Origin: Octopus sinensis
Lineage: Eukaryota
Direction: 5' to 3'
Assembly (NCBI RefSeq): GCF_006345805.1
Contig: NC_043004.1
Coordinates: 27,032,001-27,096,000, forward strand
Length of the DNA stretch: 64,000 nt
Shown here: positions 23,997 to 36,720 of the stretch, in pieces
How the letters are laid out: each line of letters starts with the position of its first letter
Position numbering within the stretch: the stretch's first letter is position 1
The notes under the pieces: model-generated
What the model was told of the DNA's origin: nothing
What the model saw: the letters and a program-made list of their open reading frames with translations, nothing else
The model's database searches: none
Made by a program: the position numbers and the translations under genes

Positions 23997-24981
23997 GGGG
24001 GAGAGGGGGAGTTTATCTTATTTAATTTATTAAATTTTTTCCACCTTTTCAATATTTTTAAAATTAGTTTCTTTGCTTTATAATTCTGTCTTTGCAGCAA
24101 GTTATTATTAAGAAGAGAAATTCAAAAAACAGGGAAACAAAATGTGAATTATAAAAAAGGGAGAAGAGTCAAGAAAAGAAAGAAAATAAGATAAAAGCAG
24201 ACTGTTTAAAATTAAATAAAAAAAAAACACAGAATGGAAGTGAGAAGTGAAAACTGAGATTCGAGAAAGCAGAGTGGGAAAGTGAAAAATGGTGGATTAT
24301 TTTAAAACGTACACAGAGAATGATGTATGGATGTTAGAAATATAGTAGAATGGGAGATGATGAAGGAAAATGGACCACCTATTGTGCTGAAAATGAATTA
24401 GATTTATAGCTTTAAGCATTTAGACTGAAACCGTATTGACAGACATTACAAAATCTTTTGTTATTACTTACAGTGCCAACCTGTTATTCACACCACCACA
24501 TGCACATACATAGCCCCTAGCATATAGAAATTAAACATGGAGTATTATCGTTTAACGTGTGTGCATTCAGGATTTATCTTATTGTATACATTTATATATC
24601 TGTAAATAAACTTACAGATCATAAATACAAACACAGGCATATATACACATATAATACACGCATTCAAGCATACATGATACAAACTTACACGCCTACATAT
24701 TCACACGTGTGTGAGTGTGTAGATATGTAGCATAGTGGTTAAGGATGTTGGTTTCATGATTATGATATGGATAAATTGTGTCCTTGAGCAAGGTGTTTCA
24801 TTTAATATTACTCCAACTCACTCAACTGAAAATAAGTATCCGCAACCCTGTAACAGACTCAAATGTGTGGGAGGGAATCTTGTACTGTGAGTTCCTTTCA
24901 CCTTAAAAATCTGGATAAACTATGGTCTCATGCCCTATACATTTAATATCTAAATTTATCTGTCTGTCCGTCCATCTGTAC

Positions 24982-25838
24982 GTAGAGTGTGTTCAAGTTA
25001 AATGTGACAGTTTGAATAAAAGGAAAACAAAAAACAATATGTCATGCAAAAATAAAAGCATTTTTTAAAAATCAAAAGAATTATTTGGATTATGGTTTTT
25101 ACCATGGCTTCAAAATGGCTCTGGAACTTTCCACATGCATTCTTCACTGTGTCTGGGAGGATTCTCTTTAATTGTGGCCAGCAACTCATTCATCATGTTT
25201 CAGGAAGAGTGATTGGTGCCTTTTGCAAATGTTCCCCACACATAATAACCCATGGTATTACAATCAGGGTAATTAGAAGGCCAGAAATTGGGGATGGTGA
25301 AGTCATAGAATTTCTGCAACAATGAGTAATGATTCTTTCTGGAGGTATGGAAAAGAGTTGAATCTTGCTGTCATACATGGTCTTCTAGCAGCATCTCTCT
25401 CCAGCCAAGGATTGACTAGACTGCAGTCTGCAGCAGCTTCACATAGTCATCTGAATTGAGCTTAAGACCATGCTCTGAGGTGTCGGGGTGAATTCTGGCA
25501 TGCAAACACAGTCAGGACACCTGCTGTGTCCTTCTTTCTGGCCATGGCTTCATAGTCTCCAATGCAGCTGCCCGTCTCACATCTTTCAATCTTTACAGTG
25601 TTCACAGAGCATTGAGCAACAGTCATGATGTTGGCATTTTGATACATAATGTGGGTCATCATGACACAGGTAACTCTTTTCCAATATTCAAATGGTTTCC
25701 ATTTCCCCATGTCAGCTATTTCTCAACTACAACTTTTATCTTTATGCTCTCCAGTGCCGCTGAATTTTCACCGATATATCAAGTTGTTCCTGAGAAAAGG
25801 AGACATAAAAATCGTCAAATTTTGTCTGAACACCATAT
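24982..25838 (-). mobile_element. Tc1/mariner (maT/DD37D-like) transposon, internally deleted
   Basis: FWPSNYPDCNTMGYYVWG and VKNACGKFQSHFEAMV; imperfect TIRs (GTGTTCAAGTTAAATGTGACAG vs GTGTTCAGACAAAATTTGACGA). Confidence 0.75.
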
Positions 25839-25934
25839 ATACACACATATGAGTATCTATGTATATATACTTATATGCACACACACATCAAAATGTTATA
25901 CTCTGTCAATGATAGAGTGAGAGTATCCAAAATA

Positions 25935-26335
25935 TACCTTACTCTTTACTCTACTCTTTTACTTGTTTCAGTCATTTGACTGCGGCCATGCTGGAGCACC
26001 GCCTTTAGTCGAGCAAATCAACCCCGGGACTTATTCTTTGTAAGCCCAGTACTTCTTCTATTGGTCTCTTTTGCCGAACCGCTAGGTGACAGGGACGTAA
26101 ACACACCAGCATCGGTTGTCAAGCAATGCTAGGGGGACAAACATAGGCACACACACACACACATACATATACATACATATATATGACAGGCTTCTTTCAG
26201 TTTCCGTCTACCAAATCCACTCACAAGGCATTGGTCGGCCCGGGGCTATAGCAGAAGACACTTGCCCAAGATGCCATGCAGTGGGACTGAACCCAGAACC
26301 ACGTGGTTGGTAAGCAAGCTACTTACCACACAGGG
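25935..26335 (-). mobile_element. tRNA-derived SINE (Octopus OR-like family), full length
   Basis: Head TGTGTGGTAAGTAGCTTGCTTACCAACCAC..GGTTCAGTCCC, central CA/TA tract, tail GACTGAAACAAGTAAAAG. Confidence 0.85.
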
Positions 26336-27269
26336 AATTCACAGTGCCTATTATAATATATTTCAAGTAGACACTTTTTCTCTTAAATCAAGTTTAATGA
26401 CAATCTAGGCTATAGGTGACTGCTTCTTCAACTGCCTTGAGCTGCTGGTCTTAGTAATAGTGGCATCAGTTGTTGGTCAAGGCTTTGTGGCCACTGCTGA
26501 AGAGATATTGAAGAGACTCTCTTCAAGCATACAATCTCCTCAGCCTCTAGCAGCAGAATTAAATTGACTTTCAGCCACCTCACCAGTCTTGGTTTTGTAC
26601 TGCTGTACCAGCTCCAAATATGTGGTGTAATATTTCTCTCATGAGCCTCATCTGGGCACTGTGAATTCCCTCATAATTGCCCACTTCCTAGAATCCATAA
26701 CGATAATCATGTGAGAGAAGTATTGCTTGCTTAATGTGATCAGAGAAATTGATTTTAGTGTCCCAATTTCAGCTGCTAACTGGGTCACTTAAAAATTTAA
26801 ACATAAAACTTCGAACTTAGTGTTTATAATAAATATATCGTGTGAAAATATGGCATAAATAGAATTTATAAAAGAAATAGATAGAAATATGTATTTAAAC
26901 TATTAAGATTACAAATGTATTTTAACTGTAAGAATAATGAAAAAATTAACTTCAATATACTATTAACTGGAAAAATTGTAAAGTCTAAATAATTCAAATG
27001 CTAAATACATAAAATACATAATATAATAAGCATAAATTAAGCTAAAATTCTATAATTTAATTTATGTTCGTTAATTAATTAATTTATTTTATAAACATCT
27101 AATTTTCAATTTATTCTAATTATGTAATATAGACTATATAATCTCGTGCTAATTTTTACACATTTTACTACTACAAATTATAACTACAACAATTAGTAAC
27201 ATAAAACAGGGTTTATATATATACACAAATTAGCTAAACTTATTATATAAGTAATTTAATTTATGTCTA

Positions 27270-28325
27270 CTTTTAATTTTTCATTCGTCGAGAGAATTAA
27301 TCAAATTTTTATTATTAGTTAATAATATCTCCTTAAATTTGTTAGTACATAATAAACAAAAATTACTAGCTATTCGATATGATTTTGCCTTACAAACTAT
27401 CTCCCAATTTAAATTGTACTTAATATTTTTAGATTTAAGTTCCCGTATATATTTACTAAGGCCAGTAGAATTAATTAAATTTCTATTCTTAAAAGAATTC
27501 ATGTGTTGAGCCACCTGTAATTTAATTTTATTAGAAGTCGACCCTATGTAAATTGCATTTAAATTATAAACATTCCTAATTATTATTATCAATCAAAGTG
27601 ACTGCACATTTATATCCTACTTCATCGAAATTACATTTATTATTAAATATACATTTAGTTTTATCTCTACACGTACAATTAATTATATCATTATTATTGG
27701 AATAATTATTTGAGTTGTTTTTGAAAAACTTATTCAGCTTAAATTTATTAAAAGAAGAAATAATGTTACCTACATTATTAGTAGTAGAATAACCAACTGC
27801 AAAATTATCGCTAAAAAAATATTATATTTTTTATTATCTCTAATGAATACTTCAATCATAGTTAAAATCTCTATAATAATGTTTATTTTAATTTGAGTTC
27901 CATAAGGAATAATTAACCAAATTTTGTTCTTATTATTAATATTATTATATTTATTTTTTATATTATTAAATTTATTATTATCATTAATCAGTCTATTATT
28001 ATATTTATGTTTTGTATTATCATAATACATATTATTAATACCATAATTACCTAAATAAAATGTATCATAATTCTTAATGTTAGGTTTACTATTATAAAAA
28101 ATATAGGAATTATTTATATTATAATCTTTTATATTACAATCATATTTAGAATTATTAAAGGATTTTATATTTTTATTATATCCCGCTTCTCGCAGGTCTT
28201 CATTATAATAAGGTGCGTGTTTTTGGAAAATCTCAAAATTAGAAGAAAGCAACGATATTCTTTTACCTATATTTTCTGTCAATGATTTCTTAATAGAGGG
28301 TGGATGATTACTATTAGCATTAATA
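27270..28325 (-). mobile_element. Very AT-rich Penelope-like element (thumb, linker, GIY-YIG)
   Basis: YRKP...NHPPSIKKSLTENIGKRISLLSS; IYIGSTSNKIK...HMNSFKN...TGLSKYIRELK...NWEIV...CLLC. Confidence 0.85.
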
Positions 28326-28329
28326 TATC

Positions 28330-28992
28330 TAAGGTTTTCTATAACGCTTCTTCCTGGCTTTACAGCCTTTCAGACCGTACTCTACAAGCCTTCTTCTAAC
28401 AGTTCTGGTTGATATTTGTGAAGTACTTGCCTCGTTAAAGTCCGCACAGAGCTTCGACGATGTTTTTCTTCTGTTTCTGAGCGACGGACGAATGATGGAT
28501 CTGTAATCACGAGGTGATGTAAATTTTTTTCTACCTGTCCTTTGTCTTGTTATCACATCTTCTATTTCTTTGAAGTGCTTGAGAGTCGTTTGCACTGCAC
28601 ATTGAGAACATTTCATCTTCTGAGCAATTTGCCTTTGAGACATTCCATCTTCATGATGAGCAACGATTTGACCTCACTTAACTCCCTTATTTTAGGCATT
28701 TTACTGTTTATTAACTGTATCTACATCGTATTTTAGAATAAAACTCATTAATGATAAAGGAAACATAAGTTAATTTTGTTAATTTTGGACATTGGTCTTA
28801 CTCATAATTGGTTGCATATGTACAGTACAGTATAAAAGCAGCAATTGATGCTAGAGGAGGGTCGACCAGATATTAAAACTAATATATATATTGTGAAGTA
28901 TGCCATAATCTACTATATGCACGTGTTTCATTAACATTGAGATAGCAGAACCCCCCAAAATTGGGGTAGCCTAATACTTTTGACCAAGGCTG
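28330..28992 (-). mobile_element. Tc1-family transposon 5' part (TIR plus DNA-binding domain)
   Basis: MSQRQIAQKMKCSQCAVQ...RTGRKKFTSPRD...STRTVRRRLVEYGLKGCKARKK; terminus CAGCCTTGGTCAAAAGTATT. Confidence 0.85.
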
Positions 28993-29031
28993 TCTATACA
29001 CACACACACATACAAACACACACACACATAG

Positions 29032-29082
<51 letters not shown>

Positions 29083-29234
29083 GGAGATGAAGGGATTAGC
29101 TCACTGGTGATCTAAATGAATAGTTATAAGTGCTATCGTTGGTCAACCATTAGGTTCCAAGTTCACAGCTAAGGCTGGATGTGGGGATCCGTGTTAGGGT
29201 TCTATTATAGCATATATATATATATATGTATATG

Positions 29235-29287
<53 letters not shown>

Positions 29288-29831
29288 TAGAGGTAAATGC
29301 AGAACCATGGGAAAATGGCTGTCTCAAGTCATTTAGAATAATTTAATTTGAGTAAGGTTAATTTGAAGTCTTACAGCTATTTCTGAGATAAGCCAAGTGG
29401 TTGATTAGCATGTCTGTGCACTGAGTATTCCGTCATCACAGACAAGGTATGAATATTTTAAATGGTGAAAATTTACAGTTTACAAGAAATAAAATAGAAG
29501 AATAAAGTAGTAAAATAGAAGAATAAAAGGTAAAAGTTGTTAGAAGAATATAAGCAGGAAAATAATGTTGACATTTCATTTTTTTCCAGAGGATATGGAT
29601 GTTGGTTGGTACTTCCATGAGAGTACAGGATTTTAGTTAAAATGTCAGGTAAATCCAGGTAGTATTTTGGCAGTATTCTGAATGATGTATCCATGTTGTA
29701 AATGTGTATATAGAGTGAGAAAGTATGATGGACATAAATGGATTTTGTGAGTGGGTGTATGAGAAAGAGAGATAGAGGAGAAAGGATTAGAAAATAAGAA
29801 TAAAATAAAAATATTGATAAAAATTATATAT

Positions 29832-30112
29832 ATATGCGCAGGAGTGGCTGTATGGTAAGTAGCTTGCTTACGAACCACATGGTTCTAGGTTCACTCGCAC
29901 TGTGTGGCACCTTGGGCAAGTGCCTTCTACTATAGCCTCAGGCAGACCAAAGCCTTATGAGTCGTTGTGGTAGATGGAAACTGAAAGATGACTGTCGTAT
30001 ATAAATATATATATGTGTGTGTGTGTGTGTGTTTGTGTTTGTGTTTGTACCCCAACATCGCTTGACAACCGATGGTGTTGTGTTTACGTCCACATAACTT
30101 AGCAGTTCAGCA
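29832..30112 (+). mobile_element. tRNA-derived SINE (OR-like), 3'-truncated
   Basis: GCGCAGGAGTGGCTGTATGGTAAGTAGCTTGCTT head; homologous to 25935-26335. Confidence 0.85.
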
Positions 30113-30603
30113 AAAGAAAGGTGGGCATGCTTGTGTGTGTATGTGAAAATGGTGTGTGATTGTGTAAGTGTGTGTGAATATGTGTAAGTAACTTTGATGT
30201 GTGTGCGTGTGTAACGTGTGTTGTGTGTAGCATTCGATGTGTGCTTTTTCACGTGGTGTTTGTGTGTCTGTGTCCAGTGTGCATGTATATGGTATATGTA
30301 TATGTGGGTGAAAGTCATTTTTGTCTATGTACATTGCATGTGTCTGTATATATAGCCTGTGTTCAATGGCATTACTAGAAATGTGGGTAAAAGAGTCGGG
30401 GAAGTGATAGGGACGATGATGGGTGCCTGTGAGGATGGTAGGAGAGGCAAGGGCAGGTATGACAGCATGGGCAGAAGCAGGGGAACGAGCCAGGCTGGGA
30501 GTGTTGGGGCAGTGAAGAAATTGTGGACCAGAAGGTCACACATGTTATGGGCTCGTTTGAAGGAGGGAAGGGATAGGTTGGGGAAGATATGCAAGGTGGC
30601 GAT

Positions 30604-30668
30604 GCACATATATATGTATATACACATATATCTATATACATACACATATATATATATATATTTATATG

Positions 30669-30710
<42 letters not shown>

Positions 30711-30902
30711 ATATATATTATATATATATATATACATATATATACATATATATAGATACATATACACACACACATATATATATAATACATATATATATAT
30801 ATATATATATACATATACACACACATATATATATACATATATATATATAAATACATATACACACATATATATATACATATATATATAAATACATATATAT
30901 AA

Positions 30903-30960
<58 letters not shown>

Positions 30961-31079
30961 TTATATATATGTATTTATATATATATATATATATATGTAT
31001 GTATTTATATATATGTATTTATATATATATGTATATATATATGTGTGTGTATATGTATATATATATATATATATATATA
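30604..31079. repeat. Compound (TA)n/(TATG)n/(CA)n microsatellite block, about 475 bp
   Basis: Direct reading. Confidence 0.95.
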
Positions 31080-31603
31080 GGGACGATGATGAAATCTTTG
31101 AACAGTAAGATGTCAGTTTACCTGGAAAGAGACAATAAGAAGTGTTGAATTTAATGTATGCAAGATTTCACAGCTCTAGCATCAATCCTTCAGAGTCAGC
31201 CTATGAACTTTTCAGCCCATCCTCATGTGTGTGCGTGTGTGTGTGTAATATGCAAATGGGTAGTGAAATGAAAATGCAACTGAAATCAGAAAGATTATCA
31301 GGTAAGGAGAAGAGAACCAATTACTAAGTTAATTAAGTGAAACATATGGTAGGGAAGAATAGAAAACAAAGAGTAAAAATTCAAAAGTAGTAGTAATATC
31401 CACAAAATGTGTGCAATGAGAATAAATAATTAAAAGAAACGAAATAGGAATACACGTTTCAGGTTATACACGTAAATGAACAGAAACAGTTACAGAAACA
31501 CAAAAGATACCAAATTTAGGGTAATTCTGCAGTTGTTGGTTTGGAAGTCACTTTCAGTCTTTTGTTCATAATCTGATTGGTTGTCTCTATATATCTATTT
31601 ACA

Positions 31604-31644
<41 letters not shown>

Positions 31645-31647
<3 letters not shown>

Positions 31648-31832
31648 ATCCCAACATGAAAACACAAAGAGAAAACACAACAACGCGGGGACGTGGAACA
31701 AGTATAGTGTTATTGGACACTCAGGAAAGGAATGAAAGAAAGAGGATTTAACGTTTCGAGCGGAGCTCTTCGGCAGAAACATAGGAGAAGGAAAGATCCA
31801 AGGAAGGAAAGACGGAGGAAAAAATCGCCAAC

Positions 31833-31893
<61 letters not shown>

Positions 31894-32360
31894 AAAAAAT
31901 ATATATAAAAATACAAAATGGGACAAGAACGCAAAACACTCAGATAGACGACATAAAAAACGAATGGGTCATTCGAAGCCTCTAATCTTCAGTCAAGAAC
32001 CGGATCATCCTCGCAATTTCGGCTGATTAATCTTGAAATCGCTCCGATCCGGCCAGCCCCAAGGAAAAACTAAGCTATGAGCATTAGATTTCTTGGAAAA
32101 AGGATCGAATGTATACGAAACAAGGACAGAAAAACGGACGATGCGACACGAATATAAATACAAAAAACAATAATAGTAATAACAGGACAAAACAGCGGGT
32201 GTCTTACGACTTAAGACAGTTCAACTGGCGTATTTGGAAAAAAATGCCTTTACGGCAGACGAAGAAATCGATGTTGTTGCGGCGGTGCTCAGAAGCCGAA
32301 AGGCTAGTTGACCAGCGGTCACGTGAGAGAAGAGGGACAAAGGCACCAAAGGGGGATATA
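31645..32360 (-). mobile_element. Probable PLE terminal-repeat (pLTR)-type repeat; partial homolog at 16180-16310
   Basis: Contains a hammerhead-like motif; GGGTCATTCGAAGCCT.TAATCTTCAGTCA is shared with 16224. PLE assignment rests on family recall, no PLE ORF seen. Confidence 0.55.
31747..31779 (-). ncRNA. Minimal hammerhead ribozyme motif, core mutated (A6C)
   Basis: UUU CUGCCGA A GAGC UCC GCUC GAA ACGU U AAA. Confidence 0.65.
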
Positions 32361-33014
32361 TATATATATATATGTATATAATATAGATATTTTATACATA
32401 CACATACTTTCATACATGTATACATATATACACATACACACATATACAGACACACAGACATAGAGACTGAATGAGAAATAAACCATGAAACATATTAATG
32501 CAATCTCATTTGCCTTTTCGTGTATGAAGTGATACTAAGATGTTTTTGCTTATGTTTTAAGTCATGCATCAGAATGCATAAAAATGTTCTTCACAGCATA
32601 TATAATTATGAATTGTATAAGCATAAATGTACAATATAAAAATTAGTCTAACCATTAGAAAGAAGATCTTGTTTGTGCTTGATTTAATTAGTGATTTGTT
32701 AACTACTCTATCTGTTTTGAGAAAAAAGAGGTGCTTATCTTCAGAAGTGTTTTCACTGAACATGAAGCGTAATGCCCTTTAACTTTCTGTGTATAAAAGC
32801 AAAAAGACGTTTTAAGTTTTTCAAGTTCCACAGTGAAAAGTTTAAAGGCTGTCAGCTACTTTAAATGTATCTTAGATTTTCTCCTATGTAATATGCAACA
32901 CATACATATATAAACTCACTAACAGCCCCCATACACACACACATGTATACACGTGTGTGTGTGTGTATATATATATATATAAATAAATACACATACATAC
33001 GCACACACACACAC

Positions 33015-33105
<91 letters not shown>

Positions 33106-33705
33106 GCACATATACACATATAAAATGACATATATATCTAATTACAATATTTATAACATTTTTCCACTTCACAAAAAAATTAAATAACATTGATGCTGCA
33201 ATAAATAAGAAAAAAGATAGTCATTTAAAGATTTTTTCCATCTAAAAATATCTTACGTTTTCCTGAAAAATCTAATTTTTTTAACTTGACATTTTCTTTA
33301 AAGTAACTGTTTTAACAGTTCCTATTTTTTCTAGTCATTTATAAATGCTATTCATATATTTTTTGGTGCATTCAAATATTTTTTTCTAAATGTTTAATGG
33401 AGTGTTTATTTGATTTTGGTTATTGAATGGCTGGAACTAAGTGTATCTTATAACTCAGTTGAAGTAAATCAAACGTACAAATATACACATATACTCTTGG
33501 TGTGTGTAGAGAGAAAGGGGAGAAGGAGGGAAAAAAATGGGGCAGACAGCCTTACAAATTCAATTATAGATACACAAAAGTATGCATATTTAAATGTATA
33601 TTTAGAAAGAGACAATGAAAATGGACGATATTTCCTGTGTACATACATAATTAGGTATATAAGCATGAATTTATGTCTGTATGTACCAATTTATCTATAT
33701 ATATA

Positions 33706-34536
33706 TTGTGCTGAGTCAAAAGTTGGGCAATATTTTGGTAACCTATTTGCTTTGTCAAGTGACAAAGAAAGAGTCTAGCATTCAAAGAAGAACCCATTAT
33801 AGTGCATTATCTGAAGCCATTTGTTCTTTGATCTCATACTGGTACAAATTCTCGTGCTTTTTGAGGTGAAGAAGTTCTTCACAGATGTTGTTGATCAAGT
33901 GTTGAAAGTGCAGGAAGTAAGCCATGGAGTGGATTAAGTAATAATCAGAGGGAGCTAGACCTGGACTATATTCTGAGTGTGGCATAGTTTGAGAGGTATG
34001 AAGTCTTATGTTGTCTTGCTGCAGAAGAGCACACTTTCTGTTAACCAATGCTGGATATTGCTGCCACACAATGGCATACATCCATGAGATGCCGAGATTA
34101 TCTGAAACTCTCTGAGTGCTACTCAACAGATTTGTTTTTATGGCTTGGATCACAGCCATGGAATCCACAGTCTCAAGTGTATCTGACCTTGCCTGATCGT
34201 TGAGGTTCTTGCAACCTGAGCAAAACTTCCTGAACCATCTGGTTACTGTACTGCAACCAACTGCAACTTCACCTCTCACACAAAAAATGTTTTTGGTTGT
34301 TTCTGTGGTGTTATAGGCTTAGTTTGAACTTGTAAAACATACGCTCTGAATTAAATTATGTTGCACGTTCATTTGTGCAGCTTTCAAATCACAAATGGAA
34401 TGAATCAATGCACAATATATCAGTGCACGAACAACCATGATATTACCAATTACAGCTGGAACTGCTTTGGTCACGTGATAGACACACTACAAACTAGCAC
34501 ATATATGAATATTGCAAAACTTTAGACTCACCTCAA
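33706..34536 (-). mobile_element. mariner, internally deleted, both TIRs, TA TSD
   Basis: TIR TTGTGCTGAGTCAAAAGTTGGGCAATATT vs TTGAGGTGAGTCTAAAGTTTTGCAATATT; RWFRKF, QQDNIRLH, YSPGLAPSDYYL. Confidence 0.88.
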
Positions 34537-34891
34537 TACATACATATGAGTGGTACTCAAAAGTGTGTAATGAAAAAAGTGGCTTTCTGAATGGGTGTGC
34601 TGATGGAGACATCATTAGGAAAGAGGACTCGAGTTTTGTGGAGATTTCTTTTGGCAAAGGACCAAAAAGGATTGGCTATAGCTTGTAAGGTGAGAAAGAT
34701 TAAAGAATATGTTATACATTAATACATACTTTGCACACTTCATACATATGTTCATACATGCATAATCCTTTACATGATTCAACCTAAAGGCTGTTGCCAT
34801 GCTGGACTATACTGGGTATGTGTCTATTACTATAGCCCTAGGCTGACCAAAGTATTGTGAGTGGATTTGGCAGAGGGAAACTAAAAGACAC

Positions 34892-34928
<37 letters not shown>

Positions 34929-35722
34929 AAGGGGAATATTCCTTGTGTTTTATGTCTTGTACTCTGTGTTTTCGTTGTTGGAAAAATAGTTCGTTTCCAC
35001 GTTTTTGTTTTTATGTTTTCGTTTCTCATTGTGTTCAACGTTTTTTTGATGGCCTACACCCATATATGCATGTATATATACATATAGATGTAGGTATGTA
35101 GATATATGTATGTATATATGCATATATTTATATATTATTTATATTATTAAATGATCGAACACCACACATTCTTTTCCAACTCCATGCTTCATATACTTGA
35201 CCAAGTTTCTCTAAATCAACCTCATTCCACTCTACTTGGTTCCCAATTGTGCATGCACAAATTCATGGACTCATGCACACACAGACTCACACTAATACCT
35301 CCAGCTACTTCAAATATACAAGGTCACTGATTCTGACAATTGTCTTTCTATTTCATTCAATCAAGTGATGTGTCCCAGTACAGACTTTTTAATTTCTCTG
35401 TACTTCTTAAATGCAATCAACAATTGTCCCAGTGCTTTCCTCAAAAAGACAGGTGTTAGTATTCATGATCACTACATCTCTCTCTATGTACGTACTGATC
35501 TCTCATAGTATTACTGAATAAGGTAAACATACTTCACTGATGGGGTCTGTTAATGCCAAACCATGGTTGTTTCAGTCACCACTTAAATTTGAAGACTAGA
35601 TTCACTCCAGTTTTCCGTGTTTCTGTTGTCCCAAAATTTAGGTTAATTGGTCTTTTGGTTTTAGATAACAAACTTTATGGAAGCAAGTTTTGCCTAAAAA
35701 TTGCTTGAATAACCTCTCATTA

Positions 35723-35769
<47 letters not shown>

Positions 35770-36329
35770 ATGAAAAATTTCAATTTAATAATTCGCACAA
35801 ATTACATCATGTACCAAAAGGTAAAATTAATAAATTGAAAATGCACTAAGAGTTTTTGTCTAATTTCAAACAATTTCACTTAATGCGCTGCTCTTAATCT
35901 TAAAATACTTTCTGTTACAAACATAGTCATAGAAATTTCCCTACAGGTGTCACTCTTAATTAAATATTTTCAAGGTCACTAAATGTGTTTAACAAGTTTT
36001 GCTACATGTTTTTACAACATTTCAGAAATAATATAAAAACAAAATAAAACAAGTATACTTAAATGTTATTCTAATAATGATAATAGTCATGATTTTAAAA
36101 CTAATTCAGAATAGCGATGTTAAAAATATTCTGATTACATGACACATAATCCACATTATCAGAATATTTTAACATTGGTAAGTAAAGCTTACAAAGTAAT
36201 GAATTAAAGGGTTTTAACGACTGATAGAAACCTTATTCAATGTAAATGACAGCTGAAGACCTTAAAATAATTGTTAGCAAAAGCAAAATTTCTTTTATAC
36301 AACGAAGAGTACGAGAATTACAATATCCA

Positions 36330-36720
36330 AGTGCAATGACAATTGTGTAAGACATTTATGTATGTTAATCGTTAGATCAACTCAAAGACTGAGAGGAAAA
36401 TATTTACACAATGCAAATAAAATCTGCTAAAGCAGAAATGTGATTTACAGTATTAAATACCTAAATTGCAAAAAAATATATATTGGACAAATTGGAAACA
36501 CATTAGTAGAGCTCATGCAAGCATGCCAGCAAGAAATTAGGGATTCTAATGTCAGCCAAATCTCTCTTAATGGTCATTTGGAAATATGCTGCACTAGTAT
36601 TTTTAATATTCCTGTTTTATAAACATTACGACTGAAGAGAAGTTAAAAGAAAGATAAAAGAAAGGAATTTTATTGAAAAGTTCAAACTAGTTCTGTTTAA
36701 AATTAACATTTGCTTCAACC
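36330..36720 (+). mobile_element. PLE GIY-YIG fragment
   Basis: NVIYSIKYLNCKKIYIGQIGNTL...QQEIRD...GHLEIC; same group as 5026-5403. Confidence 0.75.

Noticed and set aside
26400-26790. Possible pogo/Tigger CENP-B-type remnant on minus
   Set aside because: Only a faint QFNSAARG* resemblance; no TIRs.
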